From IMG/VR virus record IMGVR_UViG_3300042879_004569: DNA of 22,210 bases, one strand, 5' to 3'. This DNA is from an uncultured virus (IMG/VR IMGVR_UViG_3300042879_004569). Lineage: Duplodnaviria; Heunggongvirae; Uroviricota; Caudoviricetes. Of this stretch, positions 14,532 to 22,210 are shown in pieces. The notes beneath the pieces are model-generated. The model saw only the letters and a list, made by a program, of their open reading frames with translations. It was not told the origin of the DNA and did no database searches. The position numbers were made by a program, and so were the translations under genes. Position 1 is the stretch's first letter, and each line of letters starts with the position of its first letter.

Positions 14532-14578
14532 AACTGGGCAGGGGATTGCACCCTGCCTCCCGCTTTAACGGATCAGCT
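14532..14578 (-). ncRNA. tRNA-mimic repeat family 3, copy Y
   Basis: AGCUG AUCCGU-UAAA-GCGGGA GGCAGGG-UGCAAUC-CCCUGCC CAGUU. Confidence 0.7.
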
Positions 14579-14770
14579 TTTGACAATAGAGAGGAAGGTT
14601 GTGTTGACCTGGGACATGCACTGACTTACTTGTAGCTTCGGCATGATTGCCTGAGCTACTGCAATGCGTGCGGCAATAACTGCCTTGTTCAACTTCTCCC
14701 TGCTCTTGTCGTTCTCAACTGAGACTGCTGCATTGTGCAGTTGCTTTGCAACGAACTGACGAATAGCCAT
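14573..14770 (-). CDS. Hypothetical protein, first gene of the leftward cluster
   Basis: 65-aa ORF whose stop lies in the first stem of repeat Y. Confidence 0.7.
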   Translation of the reverse strand: MAIRQFVAKQLHNAAVSVENDKSREKLNKAVIAARIAVAQAIMPKLQVSQCMSQVNTTFLSIVKS

Positions 14771-14915
14771 TGGTAAAAATGCAGATGAATACTTGCGTTT
14801 AACGGATGCGCAACCCCCGAACTAGTGAATAACAGTTCTATTTCAAGCGTCCGCGAGTGCGGAGCGCGACCCAAAATCAGGCGCGAAGTGGGCTATAATC
14901 ACCCAAAGAACGGTC

Positions 14916-14961
14916 GATACGAATTCATATCACGCGATTGACAGTGATACGAACTCTCATC
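14916..14961. promoter_or_regulatory. Tandem operator-like palindromes
   Basis: GATACGAATTCATATC (14916) and GATACGAACTCTCATC (14946) flank TTGACA. A perfect version lies at 13464-13479. Confidence 0.55.
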
Positions 14962-15246
14962 AACGTAGTTAGGGGCGTTCCCGCTCCTCCTCGTTGTTAC
15001 CTTCGCTTCTCAAAGGTATAATCTCCATCCCGTTCTCCTCCTTTAAAATTGAGCTTCGCTTTACCACCACCCCCCTCCTTTCTTTTTTTCTATACAGGAA
15101 CTCCTTCGGGTGGGTGGGTGGAGAAGAGTCAGGTAATTCTGTACCCTATTCGGGATATATAGGGCCGATCTTTGTATAAACACAAACATTTTAAGTAAAA
15201 ACCAATTTTTGTAATGGTTTTACCTAGTTAGCCCAAATTTTTAAAC

Positions 15247-15270
15247 AAAAAAGCCGGGGTCTTTCCCGGC
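15247..15270 (-). terminator. Rho-independent terminator
   Basis: GCCGGG-AAAGAC-CCCGGC-TTTTTT on the minus strand. Confidence 0.8.
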
Positions 15271-15297
15271 GTTTATAATTTAATTTTTAAAAAATTA

Positions 15298-15513
15298 TTA
15301 TTTTTCCCCAACCGAGGTCTTAAATAGCTTGGCGGCTTCCGCTGCTTTCTTAAAAGCATCAACATCAGGTAGGGCAAACGCTAATTCCTTGGCGCCTTCC
15401 TGCACAAAATTGCGAACTTCCAGGGCGTCAGCCCCTTGATCCGCCATTGACAAAGCACGTTCTTTAATTTTTTCCAGTGCTTCGACTTTTTTAAGACGTT
15501 CTTCGGCTTTCAT
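15298..15513 (-). CDS. Small helical hypothetical protein
   Basis: MKAEERLKKVEALEKIKERA...; followed by a terminator. Confidence 0.7.
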   Translation of the reverse strand: MKAEERLKKVEALEKIKERALSMADQGADALEVRNFVQEGAKELAFALPDVDAFKKAAEAAKLFKTSVGEK

Positions 15514-15622
15514 TGGTGTTGAGTTGGATAACACCGTTACTTCAACTACTATACATCTAATATTTTTAAGTTTCTTCGCCATAAAATAACCATAAGGCTC
15601 ATAAAAATAGAAAAATACTCCC

Positions 15623-17878
15623 ATGCCCCTTTCTCCAGCCGATTTTTACGCTTACAGTCGTGCTACTGGGGCGCCATTAGCCGATACTCCTGAAAAACGG
15701 GCGGAACAAGCGCCTGAAGTTGTGGCATTCCGCCAAAATCAACTTAAAGCCCCTGAAAACCAGTCAGATATTTTTAGTGTTATAGGTAATGCAGCCCTTG
15801 TGGGCGCTACTGCAGCTGGAGGTTTTCTTGGTGGCCGTGCCTTGGCTCGTGCCGTCCGAAATCGGGGTGCGGCTCAGGGTGTGAAAAAGGCCATGGTCCA
15901 AGATTTGTCCCCAGAAGCCGTTCAAAACGTTCGTCGCGCAGCTTCTTACCAGCAACCAGCCCCTTCCAAGGTAGTTTCTGAGATTGTTGAGGAGGTCAAA
16001 CCAAATCTTGGCGTTCAAATGGTTGACTTGGCGGCAATGAACAAGCCTGCCACCATTCCTGAAACACCAATCCCACAAGCAACGAAAGCTTTACCAGCAG
16101 CTCGTAAGGCCCCTGGGCAAGGTTTGACTGAATATCTCAGCACAGCTGGGTATGTGAAACCAGAAATTGACACGGGCACTCCGTACGCAGCTCGTGAAGT
16201 AGCTCAAATGACTTACGACGCCATGGAAGTGGCTCCTGAGTTAGATGTAGCAGATCGGTTGCTCCGTGAATACGAAGAAGGTCGCCAATATCGTGCTGTT
16301 GCTAAAACCAAAGAAGCAATGGCGGGCGATGTAATTGAACAACTTCGTGGTGAAAGTTTAACTGCTCAACAACAGCAGTCAGCTATTCAGCAAGTTGATC
16401 ATGCACTTGAAGCGTTTGGTTCTGCAGAAGACCAAATGACTGGTCGTGTTCGTCAGCAATTACAACGCAACGAAGATTACGACTTAAGTCAAATTGATTT
16501 ATTGGAAGATCTTGCAAAAGAAGATCAACGCTTGATGCGACAACAGGCTCAACCAAGTCAAATGATTGGTTACGAAGCCAATCCTCAACCACAAGAACTT
16601 TTTATTCCAGGACATAAAGATATTTATGATTTAGAAGAGTATTTGCCTGCTAATTATTCTCCTGATAGTGCAATTAATCAAATTGCTTCTCAGTTGCCCG
16701 ATGGCGTTCCTGTTGATCAGGTGGAAGAAACGGCAAGGACTAGCGCACAAAATTATTTGACCAGGGCACGGGAAGAAATTGCTTCTCAACTTGGGGAGCA
16801 AGGTTTGCCAATGTCTCCTTCTCGAATTGAAGCGGAACTTGCGAATCGTTTTGGTTCTAAGGCTTATGAGTATGGCTCCAAGCAAACAGGACGCCGTCAA
16901 GCCCTGGAACTCTATGCACAAACAGGTGATCCTCGTTTACTGGAAAACATTCGCCAAGAAACCGTTAAAGTTGGTCAAATGGGTGAAGTGCCCGTTGCTG
17001 AACTTAAAAAGCCAGTTGCAATTCCTGACGTTGTTGAGCGTTCCGAACAACAATATCAAGAGAAAGTTGGCAAAGCCCAAGATTGGCTTGGTAACTTACG
17101 CTTGAAATTAGAACCGAAACGAAATCAAATTCTTCAAGAGCGTCGCCAACTTGTTGAGCAAACAGCATCTGAATTGAAACCTCAACTTGAAGATGCTCGC
17201 GCTCGCAATCAAATTGGACGGGTTAATCTTCTGGAAAAACAGTTAAACAACTTGCGTACTGTTTGGAAAACCCCTGAGCTTGGCATGCACCGCAAAGAAG
17301 AATATGATCAATTAACAAGGCAGATTGAAGGGGCTCGCCAAACAATTAATCAAACCATTCAAGGAATTGAACGCAAAACTCCCACAACTTTAAGGGAGTG
17401 GTCTGGTGAACCTCTCGTCGCAATTCCCGTTGCTGGCCAAGAAGAACCAATCTTGGGTTACGCAAAACGTGCTTCCGTTGAAAATCTGGAATTAGATCCC
17501 AATACAGGTGAGCGCTTAATGCAAACTCTGCAAGGTCGTTCTATCCGTGGTATTGGTGGACGACCAGATAGAGAAGCAGGGATGGGTGCAGGAGTTGGAA
17601 TTTACGGCATCGAAGCAAAAGGCTGGGGTCCTAGTGCCATGGAGCGTGGCGAAGGTGAAATGCAGTACACCGAAGCTGCAACTTTGCGCCCCACTAAAGT
17701 TGCCCCAAGCCGTACTCCTTTAACGCAAGAAGCTACTCCCCAACGTTTAGCATCGGTAGAATTATCGGAAGGCGTACGTAAAGCAGCTGATCCCCAATCT
17801 TATTTGAAACAAAAAATGGCTGAGCTTGGAATTTCTGCTATTGGAGAATCATCCCCTTGGCCCCGTAGGAAAGTTTGA
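15623..17878 (+). CDS. Large hypothetical protein (751 aa), Gln/Glu/Ala-rich, possibly virion-internal
   Basis: Long ORF with one Gly/Ala hydrophobic segment near the N-terminus and coiled-coil-like stretches; no recognised domain. Confidence 0.85.
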   Translation: MPLSPADFYAYSRATGAPLADTPEKRAEQAPEVVAFRQNQLKAPENQSDIFSVIGNAALVGATAAGGFLGGRALARAVRNRGAAQGVKKAMVQDLSPEAVQNVRRAASYQQPAPSKVVSEIVEEVKPNLGVQMVDLAAMNKPATIPETPIPQATKALPAARKAPGQGLTEYLSTAGYVKPEIDTGTPYAAREVAQMTYDAMEVAPELDVADRLLREYEEGRQYRAVAKTKEAMAGDVIEQLRGESLTAQQQQSAIQQVDHALEAFGSAEDQMTGRVRQQLQRNEDYDLSQIDLLEDLAKEDQRLMRQQAQPSQMIGYEANPQPQELFIPGHKDIYDLEEYLPANYSPDSAINQIASQLPDGVPVDQVEETARTSAQNYLTRAREEIASQLGEQGLPMSPSRIEAELANRFGSKAYEYGSKQTGRRQALELYAQTGDPRLLENIRQETVKVGQMGEVPVAELKKPVAIPDVVERSEQQYQEKVGKAQDWLGNLRLKLEPKRNQILQERRQLVEQTASELKPQLEDARARNQIGRVNLLEKQLNNLRTVWKTPELGMHRKEEYDQLTRQIEGARQTINQTIQGIERKTPTTLREWSGEPLVAIPVAGQEEPILGYAKRASVENLELDPNTGERLMQTLQGRSIRGIGGRPDREAGMGAGVGIYGIEAKGWGPSAMERGEGEMQYTEAATLRPTKVAPSRTPLTQEATPQRLASVELSEGVRKAADPQSYLKQKMAELGISAIGESSPWPRRKV

Positions 17879-17880
17879 TC

Positions 17881-18096
17881 ATGGCTGAAAAAAAGAAAGC
17901 AAAAAAATGGATTCAAGGAATGGAGATGAAGGAGGGCGCCTTCACGGCAAAAGCAAAAAAGCGCGGGATCACAAGCGCCCAGCTACAAGAAAATGTTCTT
18001 GCGGAACCAGAAAAGTATGACGAACGTACCATTAAACAAGCACGTTTGCGCCAGACGCTGGTAGGATTACACAAGAAGAAAAAAGAGAAAAAATAA
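17881..18096 (+). CDS. Small basic phage protein
   Basis: KKWIQ...GAFTAKAK...QARLRQTL pattern; very Lys-rich. Confidence 0.8.
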   Translation: MAEKKKAKKWIQGMEMKEGAFTAKAKKRGITSAQLQENVLAEPEKYDERTIKQARLRQTLVGLHKKKKEKK

Positions 18097-18099
18097 TCA

Positions 18100-18702
18100 A
18101 TGCCTCGCGATTCACGGCTTGATTTAGATCAATATTTTGGTGACGAATTTAATCGTCGTACCAAGTTAAATTTTGATGATTTATTTAGTTCTTCAGTTAC
18201 AAGTGATCAATACCCTTGGACGCCTAATAGATTTACTGCCGACAAACTTTTAACTTACGCAGAATCAAGAAAACGTAATTTAAACAAACGACTTAATACA
18301 GTGGATCCAAATGATCCCCAAAATTTTGAGCTGTTTGATGGGCTAGGTCGGTTTAATAAAGATGAATCATATGATTTCAATACAGGTGTTGCAAAAACAA
18401 AACACAAACCTGAAGAACAAATTAATTACAACCCAACTTGGATGGAGTTATATCGTTTAAGCCCGACTATTAAGCCTGGGGATCGCATTAAAAATCCAAT
18501 GCCATCTGCTACAAATCCAGATCCCTATGGATATTTATTGTCAACCGTGCAAAATCAAATCAATAAAGAAGAGGAAGGAGTAGTTTCAATTTCTGAACTT
18601 GTTTCTAATTCTTCTACTCCTCCTACACAAAAAGAAGAAGAGCAAGGTGAGGAAGAAATTAAGAAAGCTGAGGAAGAAGAACCTGCGCCTGTAAATACAT
18701 AA
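18100..18702 (+). CDS. Hypothetical protein with acidic tail
   Basis: 200-aa ORF starting 3 nt after the previous stop. Confidence 0.8.
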   Translation: MPRDSRLDLDQYFGDEFNRRTKLNFDDLFSSSVTSDQYPWTPNRFTADKLLTYAESRKRNLNKRLNTVDPNDPQNFELFDGLGRFNKDESYDFNTGVAKTKHKPEEQINYNPTWMELYRLSPTIKPGDRIKNPMPSATNPDPYGYLLSTVQNQINKEEEGVVSISELVSNSSTPPTQKEEEQGEEEIKKAEEEEPAPVNT

Positions 18703-18743
18703 GAAATTAAAACGGTTAAAATAAAAATATTAAGTGAATAGAT

Positions 18744-19352
18744 ATGTCTCGGCTATCTGCTGCCGCTAAACTTATTGAAGAACAGCTTTCCAAAATTGGA
18801 ATGCTGGGCAAAGGAGGCGTTACTGCGGCCGAGCGTATTCAGCAAGTTACAAATGCACCGGCAGCTCAGCGGTTAAAAAATTTATCTGTTGAAGATCGCA
18901 ATCTTTTACAGCAGGCCGTTCCAGGTGCTGTGATGGCTGGTGCCTACACGCTGATGGGTGGTGGCGGTCTTCCAGTGGCTGGTTTATCCGCCCTGGCTGA
19001 TGTTGGACTTAGTTACGGCGGAATGAAGCTGGCGGGTAAATTTGCCCCTGGTCAAATGGCAACCGTTCGTACCATGAAGAATGGCAAGCCCGAGTACAGC
19101 CAGCGTTATATCACTTCCATGCCACAAGATATTGCAGGTGGTCTTGGAACAGTTGGTGCAGCTTTGGGGACAGCGGCATTGATGCCTATGCCACAAGAAG
19201 AAAGTCAAGCAGCTACAACGCAACAACAAAATCAACAACGTGCTGAAGTTAATGAATTAGAAAACCAAATTGTGGCCCCAGGTACAAATTTTCAGTTACA
19301 AGGTATCCCGTATCGGGATTATCTTGCCGACATGGGTGTTAGGCCTTACTAA
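18744..19352 (+). CDS. Gly/Ala-rich hypothetical protein, putative virion/ejection protein
   Basis: Hydrophobic Gly/Ala segments and a Gln run. Confidence 0.8.
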   Translation: MSRLSAAAKLIEEQLSKIGMLGKGGVTAAERIQQVTNAPAAQRLKNLSVEDRNLLQQAVPGAVMAGAYTLMGGGGLPVAGLSALADVGLSYGGMKLAGKFAPGQMATVRTMKNGKPEYSQRYITSMPQDIAGGLGTVGAALGTAALMPMPQEESQAATTQQQNQQRAEVNELENQIVAPGTNFQLQGIPYRDYLADMGVRPY

Positions 19353-19363
19353 GGAGTAAAACC

Positions 19364-20410
19364 GTGATTCCTGTACAACTTCGTTTTACTCTTCCTAAAC
19401 AAGTCACTTCTGTTGTAGAAGGCCTTAAGACCGGCTTTAAAGCGGGAGAAAATGTGATTGCCGAAATGGCGTCCCAAGGTAATACTGATTACACCGTATT
19501 TAAAAATAAAAAGTTTCTTCAAAATCTTCAGCAAGGCGCTCCAGCTAAATCGGTGAAAGGACCGGGCGGTTCGTCAACGGTCAATCCTCCTCGCCCGCCA
19601 ATTTCTTTTCAAGAAACTCCGGCTGAATTTTTAGGCGCTTATGCAGCGCGAGTTGCGACTGATGTTGGGAGTAAATCCACCATGATGCATTGGTGGCGCA
19701 ATAATACTGCTCCTGCAGTGGCCGATCAATTAACCGAAAAAGCAATTGATGCTCACGGCATGCAGTTAACACCGACGCAAAAAGCCGTAATTTCAGCTTC
19801 TGTTTCTTTACCCTTCTTTGTAAATACTGGAACAATTGACGTTACGAATCCAGGGGAATTTTTTAGGCCAAAAGGGTACGCTCAAATGCACCCGGAAGTT
19901 GGTGCGGAGGATCGCCGCGAAACAGCTCAGCCAGGCCTTGAGTTATTTGAACGTTTGGTTCTTCAACGCCAAGGTCAACCATTAAAGTACGAAACAGCAA
20001 AACAAGATATTCCTTCTTTGACGCCGCAGGCTTACGGAGAAGCAATGCGTAGTTACTACCAAGACAAAGGCTTGTTTGGTCTGGGCGTTCTCAAAGGAAC
20101 AACTTCAAATCTTCAAGGTGTTCCTGAAGTTCGCATGCTTGGTTTCCCCGTGGGAATCCCCGCAGTTACCTCTCTTGCTGGTGGTGTTGCAGGAATCAAA
20201 ATGGCAGCTGCTCAACCAAAGCCACAAGCCAGGAAGTTGGCGGCAGGTGGTTTACTGGGCTCCCTGGCTGGTATGGCGGTAGGCAATGTTGCTAACAAAA
20301 TTATTTCCGCCGTCAATCGTTCTGGAGAGCCATCTTATCCGGAACGTTTACCTCAAACACAAGAGGTTAAATATCCATATGAAAAAGATGGCGTAGTTTA
20401 TTGGTCTTAA
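19364..20410 (+). CDS. Hypothetical protein, putative virion protein
   Basis: 348-aa ORF with C-terminal glycine-zipper-like helices (AGGVAG, AAGGLLGSLAGMAVG). Confidence 0.8.
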   Translation: MIPVQLRFTLPKQVTSVVEGLKTGFKAGENVIAEMASQGNTDYTVFKNKKFLQNLQQGAPAKSVKGPGGSSTVNPPRPPISFQETPAEFLGAYAARVATDVGSKSTMMHWWRNNTAPAVADQLTEKAIDAHGMQLTPTQKAVISASVSLPFFVNTGTIDVTNPGEFFRPKGYAQMHPEVGAEDRRETAQPGLELFERLVLQRQGQPLKYETAKQDIPSLTPQAYGEAMRSYYQDKGLFGLGVLKGTTSNLQGVPEVRMLGFPVGIPAVTSLAGGVAGIKMAAAQPKPQARKLAAGGLLGSLAGMAVGNVANKIISAVNRSGEPSYPERLPQTQEVKYPYEKDGVVYWS

Positions 20411-20455
20411 ATGTATAGACTGATAAAATTAACTTAAATAAAAGTATTTTTACAG

Positions 20456-21340
20456 ATGGCATATACAGGTTATCCGGCGGGATCTCCCCAGGCGCCTCAG
20501 TCAGGTATGCCTCCTGGCGGTGCGCTTGTTCCTTATACCGGTGGTCCTGCCAGTGTGATGGCAACCAATCTGACAGGTGTTGGCGAACAGCAAAAAGCAA
20601 ATCCCAAGTTCTTTGAGAACTTGATGAATACTTTGAACCTTGGCTTAAATAGTAACGCTGGAAGCAAGTTTTCCCGTTACGCCCCAGGTGGTTTCATGGC
20701 CGCACAGATGTTTGCTGGTCAAGACATCGCTGGTGGTATTGGTGCCACAGTCAGTACCATTGCAGCTGGAAAAGCTTTAAAGGGAGCCGCCGCTGCTATT
20801 CCTAATCCCCTGCTCCGTGGGGCTGCAATGCTGGGCGGCAGCGCACTGGCGGCTGGTGCTGGCGGGATGGTCGGTCGCGGCGTTAGCGGCCTACTAAGCG
20901 GCATGGGACAAGTCGGTAACCAATTGGTTGGTGGCGCTCAAGCTGCTGTTGGCGATGTTGCTAATACCGTGGCAGGTGTCCAGCGTGAAGCAGGTGTTTC
21001 AGCTGGAACAGGTAAAGAAGTTGGCCTGGGCGGTGTTACAGATAAAGAAACCATTCAACGCATGGCTCTTCTCAATGAGCTGGGCGTAAACATGCCGACT
21101 CGTGCCCTGGAGAATCAATACCAGATTCAACAGAAATACAAGAACGCTGACTTTGCTCGCTTCATGCAAGCTCAACAGCAAAATGCACAGCTTGCCGGAC
21201 AGCTTCAGCGTCAGCTTGGCACAATGCAACTTGCTGGTATGGGTCTTCAAGAGACAAGTGCAACAGCACGCACAATCATGACAACTAACCCATACGAAAA
21301 CGCTGTGCTTAATCCGGCAGCCGTTAGGGGGATTGTATGA
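20456..21340 (+). CDS. Gly/Ala/Gln-rich putative ejection protein
   Basis: Glycine-zipper-like middle region and Gln-rich helical C-terminus. Confidence 0.8.
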   Translation: MAYTGYPAGSPQAPQSGMPPGGALVPYTGGPASVMATNLTGVGEQQKANPKFFENLMNTLNLGLNSNAGSKFSRYAPGGFMAAQMFAGQDIAGGIGATVSTIAAGKALKGAAAAIPNPLLRGAAMLGGSALAAGAGGMVGRGVSGLLSGMGQVGNQLVGGAQAAVGDVANTVAGVQREAGVSAGTGKEVGLGGVTDKETIQRMALLNELGVNMPTRALENQYQIQQKYKNADFARFMQAQQQNAQLAGQLQRQLGTMQLAGMGLQETSATARTIMTTNPYENAVLNPAAVRGIV

Positions 21341-21756
21341 GCGAACTAAACCCAATCCCCGGCTTTACTCCTGGCAAAATGCCATTGGCTGGAGCTTTTG
21401 CTGCTCCCATGAACCAGGCCTATGGTTATTTCAATCCTTCTGATGTTGCGCTTGCTGGCGTGCTTGAAAAAGCAGGTCAACGCATGACACCGGAATATGA
21501 AAAAGAAAAATTTGATCGTGAATTAAAAGCAGCCAAAGAGTTCTACAAAGAACAAGGCGATCAAATGATGAAGTATCGCATGACAAACGACATCATTTCT
21601 AATCTTGGTTTAGCAGCTCGCGCAGCCTTTAGTCCGTACAGCACTCCGGATAGGATTTATTCCGCCCAACAACAAATCCCAGGTACCATTTTGGCTGGTA
21701 CCCAGCAAATTCCATTCCCAACGGAACGCAATGTTGGGATTCGTTATTTTTCTTAG
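21337..21756 (+). CDS. Hypothetical protein
   Basis: ATGA overlap with the upstream gene. Confidence 0.8.
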   Translation: MSELNPIPGFTPGKMPLAGAFAAPMNQAYGYFNPSDVALAGVLEKAGQRMTPEYEKEKFDRELKAAKEFYKEQGDQMMKYRMTNDIISNLGLAARAAFSPYSTPDRIYSAQQQIPGTILAGTQQIPFPTERNVGIRYFS

Positions 21757-21791
21757 GTTAAAATAAACTCAAGAGATGCGGTAGTTTAATT

Positions 21792-22210
21792 ATGTGGCCT
21801 TTAGCAGTAGCTTCACTGGGATCCACCGCTTTAGGTGGTATCTTTTCAGGCATGCAAGCTCAGCGTGAAGCTGAAAAGATGGCTCAAATTGAGTCCATTC
21901 GCATGCAAGAAGCAAGCCGCGCCCGTGGCGTTGCTGGTATGCAGGGCTTATTTAATACAGCCGTTGCCCCTGAGTACGATTATCTTTTACAATCAAAAGC
22001 AAAAGAAAAAGAATTAAGGGAATTTCGTCCTTGGGAAGGCCTTCTTGATTCCGAAGGCCGTCGTCGCCAAATGCGCGAAATGCTTTCTCCAGAAGCGACT
22101 GCTCTTTTCCAGCGAGAAAAGAAAGCAGCTTTAAATCAGGCTTTGGTTGAACGCCAGGCCGCAATGGCTGGTATGTTTGGCCCAACTAAAACATTTGCCA
22201 AGGCTTTTGG
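21792..22210 (+). CDS. Putative DNA-pilot/ejection-like protein (3' truncated)
   Basis: Not in the ORF track. Manual translation MWPLAVASLGSTALGGIFSGMQAQREAEKMAQ... is open to the window end: a hydrophobic Gly/Ala N-terminus followed by a helical region. Confidence 0.75.
   Translation, partial: MWPLAVASLGSTALGGIFSGMQAQREAEKMAQIESIRMQEASRARGVAGMQGLFNTAVAPEYDYLLQSKAKEKELREFRPWEGLLDSEGRRRQMREMLSPEATALFQREKKAALNQALVERQAAMAGMFGPTKTFAKAF

Noticed and set aside
12938..14578. Repeats as integron attC sites
   Set aside because: No RYYYAAC/GTTRRRY core pair and no integrase in the window; G-U pairing points to RNA-level structure.
14347..14586. ORF-track 79-aa ORF
   Set aside because: It runs through repeat Y. 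The 50-aa ORF 14336-14488 in another frame has an SD and a more protein-like sequence.
14938..14971. TTGACA as the -35 of a rightward sigma70 promoter
   Set aside because: No acceptable -10 hexamer at 16-18 bp spacing.

Overview
A fragment of a tailed dsDNA phage genome. A cyanobacterial (picocyanobacterial) host is inferred from gene style only. The left ~15 kb is almost all on the minus strand. Reading from ~14.8 kb leftward, it runs from small early-type hypothetical genes (SSB-like OB fold, HTH proteins, DUF4236-like) through a PcfJ-like protein, a 76-nt tRNA-Leu(UAA), thyX and a Gp88-like protein to a T7-type family A DNA polymerase and a truncated cupin. After a non-coding switch region (~14.8-15.3 kb), the plus strand carries large Ala/Gly/Gln-rich hypothetical genes resembling virion internal/ejection proteins. 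The most striking content is non-coding. The early region is punctuated by at least three families of dispersed structured RNA repeats: a 28-nt H-type pseudoknot (4 copies plus a variant), a stop-codon-anchored a-b-a' switch hairpin (3 copies) and a 47-nt anticodon-less tRNA mimic (2 copies). The pseudoknot and tRNA-mimic families show compensatory base changes. There are also two candidate antisense-strand sRNAs, three unannotated transmembrane micropeptides, an overprinted ORF pair and a 16-bp palindromic operator-like motif. No database searches or folding programs were run; all structures were read by eye.
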